Below are positions 29,601 to 40,655 of a stretch of DNA of 64,000 nucleotides, piece by piece. The notes beneath the pieces were generated by a model. It saw nothing but the letters and a program-made list of their open reading frames with translations. It did no database searches and was not told the origin of the DNA. The first letter of the stretch is position 1. Each line of letters starts with the position of its first letter. Made by a program: the position numbers and the translations under genes. The stretch comes from Saccostrea cucullata (lineage: Eukaryota). The stretch covers positions 62,001 to 126,000 of the forward strand of contig NW_026923241.1 in assembly GCF_032062105.1 (NCBI RefSeq). The letters are read 5' to 3'.

Positions 29601-32126
29601 AATTGAGCCACACCTGTAATTGATCAAGGCACTTCATATTTGGATGACGCTTATGAACTGGCAAACCAATGAAATAATTTAAACTACTCACCATCCGAGT
29701 TCCCCAAAATCAGATCAAAATTTCAAAGTTTAAAAAAAATCCACTAAAACTATCTTGAACCAAACATAAAAACATTTATTTGACCTCCTTTTCAAACATC
29801 TGCTAAAGTATGCATTAATAATCAAATTATAACAAAGTTTAAATCATAATACATCAACATTTGGTCAAAATTACATAACTACAAGAGCCATTACCTGGCA
29901 CAATTTAATCAGGACAATCAACTACTTAATAGTTAGACCCTGACTTTCAGACCTGACAATAGGAGCCATCAATAGAGGTCCTACAAGTCCCTGATTACCT
30001 TAATCCTAGCGACCCCTTCACATAAGTATCTTTGACTTCCAGCTAATCTCTCGTAATTGTGATTTAAATCTCACTGTTTCTCATCAAGGAGCAAATTCAC
30101 TGGTCATTATCCATGTTTCTTGACACTAATTTGCAGATATTGTAATGTAACATGCATACAAGTGAAGTATTGAATTAAGAATTGAAATTTTCCTGTCAGC
30201 ATTTCTCTTAATTATAGTGTTGTTGACAATGATTTAAAGAAAGACACACAATATGTCCTTTTCTGCCCTCAAGACTAAGGCAACTAAGGTAGCAAATTAA
30301 TTACATCATTAAATATTTGTCAGAAAAGAAAGTTTACCTTAAATCTAAATGCTTTATATTTAATCCTGAAAGGAATGTAAATAAGGTATATAAAACCTTT
30401 ATTATAAATATTGAAACATCAAGTCGTGAACGTTTATCATTTACCAAGGTTGAACACCCTCATTAAAAAGTGCCCATTTTTATGCTTGAAAATTTTCTTG
30501 TTCTAAAAAAGAATTAGATTTGTTAAATTTGTATATACTCAAATGTTGAATTAATTTTTAATGCCCTAATTTTTGTACTTCTGTAAAAACCAATTTACCG
30601 GTACATCATTCTGGTTGAATTACTTAAATTTCAAAATATGATAAAGCTCATTGTGAAATAATATTTAAAACTTAATTTATAATTTTCCTAATTCTAAATG
30701 AATACACACATAACGTAATGTAAGAGAATGAACAAAACAAATTATCACATATTTCACAATTTTTGAACATAACCAAACTGAGAAAAAAATATTATGGACA
30801 CTATATGGTCTTCTGATGAAGAGTGGGACCATTAACAGTGATAAGATTAATCTTAAGTTTGTTGTCTTTGATTGAAAACAAAAATTAGAGTGCTTCATTA
30901 TATCTAGCCTTTGATCTGATTTACAAAATCTATCATACTGTTGACAGTCAGTGACGAAGACTTCAGTGGGGAGATGATATGTACTATATGTATACATTGT
31001 ATACTGTAGCTAAATTTTGATTTAAACGTGTACTAGTAGAGGTAGCATAGATTTCAAATACAGTCTGTAAATGTATCAGATACTCTGCAGTTTTTTAGCA
31101 GGTACTAGTAGGTACCTATAGCTAGTACATTCACCTTTAATTCGGTTCTCTTGCAAGTCAGTTGTATTTGTTTCATCAGATTACTTTAGAGGAATTTGTG
31201 ACCGACCTGTTTCCGAGTTCATGTTGGTAGAGTACACTACAATCTTTTTGCCAGTATTTGCTGTCATTTTGAATTCATATTTATATTCTATTATAGTTTA
31301 CCAAAAGCATTAGATTAAATTCTGATACCTTCATCTTTATGATCTTTAAAAACATCTTTATGATCCTAGGATTTATTACAAAATTTCTACAGATCCTCTT
31401 CTAGAAAATACTGATTTTTAAGGACTTGCTTATAAAACAGACATCAGAGTTTGGGTCAAATGTTTTTAAATTTCCAAAATTCAAAATGGCAAGAAAACAG
31501 GGTAATTATTCTAGATATCATTGTGTACAAAGTTGAAATATGGAATATTTTATTAGCAACTACCCGGTAGCTATGATCAGAAATTGGATACCTGATTGCT
31601 ATGGACAGAGGAAAAGATACTTCTTTTATAATAATGGAAATCATAAAATTAATGTTCAACGGCATTTAGTAAGTTATGTCATATTGATGTGTATATACTA
31701 AATAGGAGCTGACATAATCTAGTTATAGCCTAAATTTGCTATGACGCAGAATGTATAAAATGCATAAAAGCATGTGAAGAGAATATCAAGATTTGGCAAC
31801 AATACAGTAACTAACTTACCCCCTTTGTCACTCCTGTCTCCTCCCCCCTCCTGAGAATTCTCTGCCTTTCTTTCCATCCTATTATTTTCCTTGACCTCTG
31901 ACTTGTGTTCATTTCCCGCCTTTTCTTCCTCTACTGGCGGTGGTTCTCCCAGGGTAGCCACTCTGAAAATACACCACATTTCATCACTACTCCGTGGCTC
32001 CTTTAAGTACATTTTGATTTTCGTAAACCCTGTCCTCATTTTCTTTCTCGCCATTTTCCTGATCTCCTCCGAGTCAGGCACCATGCTTTCCTTTAAGTCA
32101 CCATGATGAATAACAGTTTTCTTCAT
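9259..32126 (-). CDS. ARHGEF33: Rho guanine nucleotide exchange factor, ARHGEF33-like (N-terminal coiled coil, DH domain, long disordered tail)
   Basis: Phase-consistent exons in transcript order: 31820-32126, 26033-26070, 24322-24486, 23570-23637, 21472-21503, 17935-18045, 16655-16791, 16091-16124, 15452-15517, 14815-15083, 14407-14514, 14183-14266, 13826-13959, 13465-13602, 11589-13274, 9259-9397. DH motifs REKAAQEIVEAERSYCSQL, LYKEYINDF, LLLEPLQQIPKYSLLLKNLLKHT..DHPDR. The segment VQEMKLSFTSAMEELAKTQYGD resembles the ARHGEF33 N-terminus as I recall it. No PH domain is evident. Confidence 0.85.
10923..10971 (-). CDS. candidate alternative terminal coding exon of the RhoGEF gene
   Basis: Acceptor ttttttgttgcttgttcag. 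It accepts the phase-2 end of exon 11589-13274 and gives RPGIDDLGTVDVVVCI-stop. Confidence 0.5.
14659..14692. repeat. (TA)n microsatellite
   Basis: About 17 TA units in a RhoGEF intron. Confidence 0.9.
16498..16625. repeat. 28-bp tandem repeat derived from the adjacent exon/donor junction
   Basis: Units TATTACCTGCAG(G/A)TTTCTAA(G/A)TGTTC(C/A)G start at 16498, 16526, 16554 and 16582 (truncated), with a partial copy at ~16605. The same core spans the real donor at 16649-16669. Confidence 0.9.
17213..17352. repeat. decayed palindromic element, same family as 59007-59156
   Basis: ATGGAATTTATTTCA...TGAAATAAATTCCAT arms with a degenerate CACTTGTGCTTTGCAC centre. Confidence 0.6.
18551..18620. repeat. 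short direct duplication (~36 bp x2)
   Basis: ACACGAAA(C/T)ACTACTATACAAGATGGGTGGGG occurs twice in tandem. Confidence 0.8.
18908..20448. mobile_element. CACTA/EnSpm-like non-autonomous element with subterminal repeats and an internal tRNA-like sequence
   Basis: Termini CACAGGA(A/T)GAAA...CCTGTG with a 3-bp TSD (TTG on both sides). Dense subterminal TTTCAGTGACC repeats at both ends, including a ~22-bp tandem run at 19075-19240. Confidence 0.8.
20064..20134 (+). pseudogene. tRNA-derived (possibly Thr-TGT) pseudo-tRNA / Pol III unit inside a transposon
   Basis: A-box TAGCTCAATTGG, B-box GGTTCGCTCCC, intact T-arm CCGGG-TTCGCT-CCCGG and a downstream T-run. Acceptor and anticodon stems are mismatched, so it is not a canonical tRNA. 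Confidence 0.6.
21856..22820. repeat. Helentron/HINE-type element with ~146-bp tandem array (6 units)
   Basis: Begins AAACTAGAACTGTCC...GGGACA. The unit CCAGTGACCTTGAAC...GGTCAAGGTCATGACACACCCTTGGGTCATGGGCAATC recurs at ~21962, 22108, 22252, 22400, 22544 and 22690. Confidence 0.85.
22821..23132. repeat. two Cg170-like ~166-bp oyster satellite units
   Basis: TTGTGGCCCCGCCCTACCCCCGGGGGTCATGATTTT...TCTACACTACCC...TTTCAGCTTTTCTGGC...GAAGAAGATTTTT occurs twice with ~166-bp spacing. It matches the Crassostrea Cg170 consensus as I recall it. Confidence 0.7.
23683..24010. repeat. decayed short copy of the HINE family at 38120-39670
   Basis: Shares the 5' end AAACCAGAA.TCT.TG..GAGACTG.AGCTCTACTGGT.TGTACTT and one degenerate unit; ends GAGCTAAAAA. 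Confidence 0.55.
28124..28133 (-). CDS. candidate alternative first coding micro-segment of the RhoGEF gene
   Basis: ATG AAC CCT A|gtaagt is phase 1 and joins exon 26033-26070 in frame (MNPT-MEQIQL). Confidence 0.4.
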
Positions 32127-35100
32127 TTATCACAGAATTCTGTGAAAAATTCTCACAGAAAAATAAATGTATTAAGAGAACTTTAAGGTTCTTGTCTATA
32201 CAGAACCTTTGATAAATTCATAAGGCACACATAATACTTGTCCATCATGTGCGAATACTACGTTTGCTTATGCTACTCAACACACAGGATGAATTAACTT
32301 CAGCATAGCACTTCACTTTGGCACTTTTTCAGAAAATCTGGTTTCTACCAAACAATTTCTGGGAACTATACACAGATGTAGAAATATTTGGCTTTTTGAT
32401 TATCAGAGAATCTACCAGTGTCTTATCTTTATCATATCAAAGTAAAGAGAAACTGTTCTGGTCAATTATCTATAAAGCTAACAAAAAGTTCACAGCCTTA
32501 ATCTACAGTGAGATCAAATCATTTGGGAACTCTCAGACTTTATAAATTAATTTCTAAATTCTTAGCAGCTTATCTAATAATGAAATACACACACCCATGC
32601 CATCAAAGTTATATTAATTTGTACATCATATAACTATGGGTAAACTTCACCTACATCATGGACATTGCTACATTCCAATAGAAACCATATCCATCTGGTC
32701 TGTAGTCCAGGGCATTACCAGACTGGGCAGGAACCGAATGGTCAAGTGTTGTTTATTAATGACCAGATCTCTGGGGGGCATTTGTGAATTATGGAGAAAG
32801 AACAAAAAACATATACAGAGCTGTCATGTCCATCAGCTTTCCTGATGAATATCAATTAATTTTATATAAGTATTCACCCTTACTGTAGATATATACTGGA
32901 TTACTAATTGACTTACATTGTTCTGAAATAGAAATCAGTATTTCCTTTTTGCTTTTCTTTAAGCAATAAGCATGACATCTAGTATATCTAGAGTACAAAC
33001 TTTTAATTCCTGTTTTAGATTGCTATGACTAAAAAGATTTCTTTCTCCCCCCCCCCCCCCTTTATCTTTTTTTATACAGTGGAATAAAACAAAAATAATT
33101 GATTTCTTTTAAAACTTAATTCTTTGCTAGAAAAGAATCATATTTAATTACAATTCATAAGTTGAAAATTTAATTGCTTTTAAAAATTATCTTTAATATA
33201 TTTCAAAATGTTTTGAAGTACACTAGAAAATCTTATCTATAGAAAAATAGGGGAGTGCACATTTTTTCAGTTTTTGTCAAGTGCATTTTATTGTGAATGT
33301 AATTCATTTGATGTGAAATATTCTTACAAATAACCTGCAACTTGCCCCTAAGCTTGGCAACAGGTATGATAAGCCTCAAGAACATAATTGACAGCATTCA
33401 AAATTGGTCATAAATAACATGAAAAGTGAATTATAGCCAGTAAGGTGGTTTATTGAATCTGCTTGAGCACCCACCTAAAACTTCACATTCTGTGTAAACA
33501 TATTAACACTCTCATGCCATACTTGGCAACAAAATGATATTCTGAAATGACACTTTAATCCAAATACGTAAAATGGAAACGGAAAATGGTTTTTTCAATC
33601 TGTAATAGATAAAACGAAAAATAATTAAATTCCTCTTTTTAAATGCTTTTGAAGCCATTTTCATAAAAGTACAAATTATGCAACTTCCTTGTGAGTGACA
33701 ATGCAATGGACAGTTATAATGGGGATGATATTAACCAAACTGATTGAAAATTGAGCCCATCATTACTTAATTTTTTAATCTTCCCCAAATTGTTTATAAG
33801 TAACTTCTAAATAACTATAGATTGACACTGTAGAATTGAAAAGAAACAATACAGTACATCTCCCACTTGAGTATCTATAATCCTGAAAAGACATACATTG
33901 AAAGTCAACAAGCATGTCCAATTAAGTCCTAGCATATTGATACAGGAAGAGTTTGATAAAATTAAAAAAAAATCTACAGCATACCTTTTTATGATGCAGC
34001 TGTAGGTTTCTTCATCAGGAAAGAAAAGCAGAGTCTCAGGAATGGTGTCCATGGCAACCGATTCTCTCGTAACAGTTTTGTGACTTTAACAGGACTAGCG
34101 GGTAGAAATCCTGTCTTGTCATCATTCCCACAGTGCGCTTGGTTACACTTCAATTCACACCCACAAAACCAAAGACAGGCAGGTTTTCTTTTCATTGCAT
34201 CCCATTTTTAACACACTAAATAGAAGATTAGCTCAACTTCTGAAAATAATCTGCCTTGGGAATTGTTAAGAAAAAAAACTATGCTGTTTTCTTTTCTCTT
34301 GGTCTTCTTTGCCCTTTATAAGCCTGATCTGCTACTCTGTGTGGACCTGACTAACATATGAAGGTCTCCCCTAAAAATGATTATAATCATATACACAGAC
34401 AATGTGGCATGAACTTCACCAAACAAAGATAAAATTAAGATACATTTATCTACTTAAAAATCCCCAGACCAGCCCAGTTTTCATTTAATTACAATGGACT
34501 TATCATTGTTTGAGACATTTAAATGACACTCAAACCACACAGTCTTATGTTCTCTAAGCTCCATAAAACACCTTAAGTTTCATCTGGAAAAAATATGTAC
34601 TTTTTCAATACACAGCTTGTGTCTACTGGAATGCAAACTGTACATGAAATCAAGTTGTCAAAAATTATAGAAACAAATTCGTGTACAACATGTTTATCCA
34701 CTACCAAATGAAATAAGACTGTAAGGTATAGATGAATCATTTTGCTGTAGGTTATAGCTATAATGTTAGGACATAAAATATTAGTACACATGTAATTGAA
34801 ACCAAATACATTTCAGTTAAGCCATTAAGCAAAATCTGTGACATCCTTTGCAATTAAAGAGTGATACATGTACCACATCATTTTTTTTTATTCAAAGGAT
34901 AAGTATCTCTTGAAAATAAATTTCTCATTTATTCTTTTCAAGAACTTTTTTGGATTTTTTTTTTTCAGAGAAATTAATACAGCGGGAAAGAGTTTGTCAT
35001 TCAATTAAATTCCCATTGCTGAAATTTGCTGTTATTGCATAATACAGATAAAAATCATAGAATATAGTATGTTTTAAAAAAAGGATTGAACATATCACTT

Positions 35101-36362
35101 GAATTCTATTTTGCTTGAAGTATTACCTGTCACTTTGTATTCAATCAGGCTTGGAAAACCATAAGGATGGTCAGAAAGTACAGTACACTTCTAATAAAAA
35201 CAAAATAAAACAATCAGTAAATTAAATCCAAAAAGATGCCTTTGTGAAACACTGATGCCACTCTATGGCAGCTTAATATGTCAAAGGTGAAGTTTCTCAA
35301 ATGCAATTTAAACTCCAAGGTGTGAATATGATGTGAAGAATTGACTGATACTATACAAGTTTGAAAAATTTGAACTAAGAGATTATTAGGAATATGATAA
35401 ATCATATACAAGCTGTGACACTTATAAGAGGTTGTCTGATAGTAACTCTGTAAGCATCACAATACCACTGAAATTGCAAGTGTTGCTGAATTAGAAGACC
35501 ATGGTAAACAAATGCATTTTTGGTTTCAACCAATTCCTCTCTGTTTACAATTCATCTGTTTAATTCAATTTAGTTGGTGCTTCCACCTCTGATAAAAGGG
35601 AGAGCCCATTTATTTATTTCTCTTTTCCATCAAGATTCACTTTAATTTTCTTCTTAATTTATTCTAAAATTTAAAAAAGGAGCTCATTTTCATACCCCCC
35701 CCCCCCCCCCCAAATAAAAATTGTCAAAGAATTGGCACAAGAGTGACAATTTTAAAAGAAGAACAATTTGTATAAATCAAATTTAATATTCTTATGGTTT
35801 AAACAGTATTTAAATAAAAACTGCTTAAAATTAAGAGTATGCAACTGTAAGAAAGCAAGGTATTGCATCTATAAATACTTACTTTTGAACAACATTGCAA
35901 TCTGGCTAATCGTGCTTTTTCTAATAACAAGGTGGTATAATTATTAATTGGATGTATTATATCATTATATATATGATAAACTACTGAAACCTAATCGTAA
36001 GAAAATGTTCTGATATTGATTCTATATCCACCGAACAACTCCCGATAGCTCACTTCGTCTACCGATTAGGCCTAAATATTGCTACCAACAGTCTTTGTTG
36101 ATTAAGCATGTAAGTTTTGAGGAAAAAATGCTAAATTCACTAAAATCTGATTAAAACCAATGACCAGCCACTTTCCAGTTTCTTGCATCCACCATGAATG
36201 AACATTTATGGAATGCCAAACCCGATAAAATAAAAGTATCAATGTGGGAGAATTTCAAAATTGAAAAAAAAAGACGTGGTTTCTCTAACGTCTTTCTGTC
36301 TAAGAATTGAATTGTTTTGAATTAAAATACTTTGTTTTTTCATTTTTTTTATAATGGTAAAT

Positions 36363-38042
36363 GGGTGATTCCACAAATTTGAGACAATTTTCATAAGTGA
36401 AGAAGTTAATATTGCTCTTTCTTCTTTCTCTGTCCAACATGGTTCAATGAGCTTTGTAATACATATGCTCTTTAATTTCAACGATAGTCACAAGTCAAAG
36501 TAAACAGATTATATTAAATTTAAGAAGTAAAATCAATTTTTTTATGCTTTGGTCATGACCGCAACGATATAAAAACATGCAATTTCTATTTTTCTATATA
36601 TTGAAAAGAAATATTTTTTTTAACCAATGAAAAGAAAATGAAAAGAAAATTAATATTCTGTAATATAATAGAAGTTGTAGAATTTTGGAATACGTTTCTA
36701 TTCTGTGGAAGGCCAAATAAATCGCCAGATGTAAGAATATGCTATTTGTGTAATTACAAAATCAATTTTTGTTGTTGTAAAAAACAAATATTAATACGTT
36801 TTAGGAAGTAACAGGCATAAAATGAAGTAAATTATATCACGAAGGCTTATTTTTTACTAATAATTAATAGCATGTAATTTTATTTGCACGAAAGACTGGT
36901 GCTGTGGTCATGACTAAAATTTTCGGTCATGACATCAAATTTTTGGTCATGACATTTCTTTATTATACATATAAAAATGTCAATGAATAATTCTAAAATA
37001 AAAACACCAAAACACCAATAAAAATAAAAATAAAAAACAATGTAACATCAAATAAATTAAACGGTCTAATTATGCATGATTTTTGTCTGTCAAGTCTAAC
37101 TCTTAACGAAACACTAAAAAAATCAATTGTTTTATGCTTTATTAAATAAAAAATCAATTATAATGTTGATAGTTTAAAATATTTAATGATATATGTTGTT
37201 GTTTTAGCAAAATTAATAAATGATAAAAAGTTTGAGTTGAAAATAGTAACTATTGTCATGACCACAACATATTAAGTTGCGGTAAATGACAGTTTTGGTC
37301 ATGACATAAATTGAGTTATTACCTGATCAGCTCTCCATACGTACTATATGGATGGTACAATGATGTACATTACATTGCAGAAACATTAAATAAAGCCGTT
37401 TGGAACAAGTTTACTATGTGAAATATTTGTATTATCGTGTTTTAGAACATTCGGTCATGATCAACCATAAAGGTACTAATAAAAAAAGATACTTACAACG
37501 GGATTTTTCTTCTAAACCTTTTGACCTACACTGTTCCTTGCCTGCCATCAAAACTTTTAGTAGTTTATAAGCCTTCTTTTATGGAGAGTAATAATTCAAA
37601 GGGCAGTAACTCTATTTTAAATAGCAGATTGCACAATCGTTTCGGTCATGACGAAATATTAAGTGACACAAAAATATACAACAAAATTTTAGTAGTATGA
37701 TCAAAAAACCTACTGAATAAAAAAAGAAACATACTTAGGAGAAATGTATTAGAATAAATAAGACAAATAAAACTGAAAAACAAAAATTAGATGCGTCAAA
37801 AAACCCACAGAAAGTGGAAAGTCTATCATAGGGACATTGATATACGTCATTGATACATGATACAGTGACATTATTTTTCATTATTAAAATCAAACTTTAA
37901 CATTTTTGCACATCAATACAAAAAAGAATATCTTTTTATTTAATATTTAGAACAAAATCAGGGAAATTTTGTTATATTTAACAGGAATATTAGAGTGTTT
38001 TTCATGAGTGACACAATTTGTCTCAAATTTGAGGAATCACCC
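36363..38042. mobile_element. non-autonomous TIR element with 4-bp TSD (Sola-like)
   Basis: TIR GGGTGATTCC(A/T)CAAATTTGAGACAA with TSD AAAT on both sides. The internal (G)GTCATGA(C) motif is repeated about 8 times. No ORF. Confidence 0.75.
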
Positions 38043-38119
38043 AAATAAGATATGTCTTAACAATCCATGTTCATAATACTCGTGTATAAGGCAGGCTTTT
38101 TTTGTATGAAGTTACAATA

Positions 38120-39670
38120 AAACCAGAAGTCTCTGTCGAGACTGAAGCTCTACTGGTTTGTACTTATAGCAAAGGAAGAAAAAAGTTCTTAAGAAGTTGG
38201 GAATTGAAACTTTACCACAGCAATAAAAAGAATAATGATCCTTGATTAGTCTCTTTATGTTCTTAGTATAGTCTACTTGCATGCCACATTATATTAAAAT
38301 CAGACCAAAACTGTAGGAGTTAAGTAGCATTTTGAGATTTTTTAACAGAAATTTCTATTTTTAGTTACCATGGCAGCACCGTTCATCGAAATCAAAAACC
38401 AATATACAGAATTACGTATCTTAGTGTAGTCTACTTCTGTGCCAAGTTATATTAAAATCAGACCAAAACTGTAGGAGTTAAGTAGCATTTTGAAAGAATT
38501 TCACAGAAATTTCTATTTTTAGTAACAAGGAAACACCGTTCATCGAAATCAAAAACTGATAAACAGAATTATGTATCTTAGTGTAGTCTACTTGTATGCC
38601 AAGTTATATTGAAATCAGACCAAAACTGTAGGAGGAGTAGCATTTTGAAAGAATTTCATAGAAATTTATATTTTTAGTAACAACGGCAACACCGTTAATC
38701 GAAATCAAAATCCGATATACAGAATTATGTATCTTAGTGTAGTCTACTTGTGTGCCAAGTTATATTGAAATCAGACCAAAACTGTAGGATGAGTAGCATT
38801 TTGAAAGAATTTCACAGAAATTTCTATTTTTAGTAACAAGGAAACACCGTTCATCAAAATCAAAAACTGATAAACAGAATTATGTATCTTAGTGTAGTCT
38901 ACTTGTATGCCAAGTTATATTGAAATCAGACCAAAACTGTAGGAGGAGTAGCATTTTGAAAGAATTTCATAGAAATTTCTATTTTTAGTAACAACGGCAA
39001 CACCGTTCATCGAAATCAAAATTCGATACACAGAATTATGTATCTTAGTGTAGTCTACTTGTGTGCCAAGTTATATTGAAATCAGACCAAAACTGTAGGA
39101 GGAGTAGCATTTTGAAAGAATTTCACAGAAATTTCTATTTTTAGCAACAACGGCAACACCGTTCATCGAAATCAAAAATCGATACACAGAATTATGTATC
39201 TTAGTGTAGTCTACTTGTGTGCCAAGTTAAATTGAAATCAGACCAAAAATGTAGAAGGAGTAGTATTTTGAAAGAATTTCACAGAAATTTTTATTTTTAG
39301 TAACCACGGCAACACCGTTCATCAAAATCAAAAACCGATAACCAGAATTATGTATCTTAGTGTAGTCTACTTATGTGCCAAGTTATATTGAAATCAGACC
39401 AAAACTGTAGGAGAAGTAGCATTTTGAAAGAATTTCACAGAAATTTCTATTTTTAGTAACAACAGCAACACCGTTAATCAAAATCAAAAACCGATACACA
39501 GAATTATGTATCTTAGTGTAGTCTACTTGTGTGCCAAGTTATATTGAAATCAGACCAAAACTGTAGGAGGAGTAGCATTTTGAAAGATTGTTTACAGACA
39601 GACAGACAGACAGACGGACGGACGGACGACGGACGCATTACTATGGCATAAGCTCTTCTGGTCTCTAAAA
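38120..39670. repeat. Helentron/HINE-type element with 156-bp satellite array (9 units) and (GACA)n(GACG)n microsatellite
   Basis: The unit TCTTAGTGTAGTCTACTTGTGTGCCAAGTTATATTGAAATCAGACCAAAACTGTAGG repeats every ~156 bp from ~38261 to ~39590. Microsatellite at 39594-39635, then a short 3' end. Confidence 0.9.
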
Positions 39671-39912
39671 AGCAGCATTTTTGACAATCATTTTTTAAGG
39701 AACCTCCAGTTTATAATGCATATTGTGATGTCATCACTTCTGTTGTTTCACAAAAGAATGTTTCCATTTTTTAAATTGCCATGATAATAAGTTTTTCAGA
39801 AGCACAAGAAACACCTATTTTTTTTGTATGAATTTCTAACTTAATCAGTGATTTGAGTCAGTCAGAAACTTGGAAATATAACAAAAAAAAATTGTAAAAC
39901 ATGTAATACATG

Positions 39913-40081
39913 TACTGCATACAGGCAAGCAATTTTGCCCGTCTTAAATTTGCCTAGTTACACTTTTATTTAAGAAATTATACTGTATTTTTTGAATTCG
40001 TCCCGTTTTAAATTCGCCCGAACAAGGCTAGCGTGAGAGGGGCAAAAATAAAAGAAGGGCGAAATTTCCCTGTATACAGTA
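39913..40081. mobile_element. MITE (TACTGTATACAGG-type ends), same family as 56978-57183
   Basis: TACTGCATACAGG ... CCCTGTATACAGTA, with internal TTTAAATTCGCCC repeats. Confidence 0.65.
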
Positions 40082-40655
40082 CACTATTTAAGGGTATTTG
40101 GTGTTACTTTGTAATTATCCACAACCATTCTAAAAGTACATGTATTGCCCTAGCAATACTAATCCCTGACTTGCAAGTGTAATCAGCGGGACACAAATCA
40201 AATTTAATCTATAATTCCTCAAGATCAAGTCACATACCAAAAATCAGCTCAATATTTGCAAGTTTTAGAAGAAAAATGTGGAAAACTCTTAAAAATTAAA
40301 AAGACCGTAGTTCCATAAAATAACTGAGGTGTAACGAAATGCTAACTTGATCTGTAACTCACCAAAAATCAGATCAATAGCTCCAAATAAAATAAAATAA
40401 ATAAGTGCAGGAAAAAAAAACAACCCGTAAGTGGGACTGACTGACAGACAGATGGAGACAGACATCCAGAATTTCACTCATTTTATGGCATTTTCTTAGA
40501 AAACATTAAAAAGAAAATTCAGGATCTTAAAAAAAAAAGAATCAATATAATCAACATTTATAACAAAAAGCATTTATTTCATGTTGATAAATAAATAAAT
40601 CTTTATATATTGAAAGTCCATGAACACATTCCAGCAAAGTAAAGGATTGAAAATG

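Noticed and set aside
38261-39590. Regular repeat array that might be read as CRISPR
   Set aside because: Whole 156-bp units are near-identical, with no unique spacers and no cas genes. This is eukaryotic satellite DNA.
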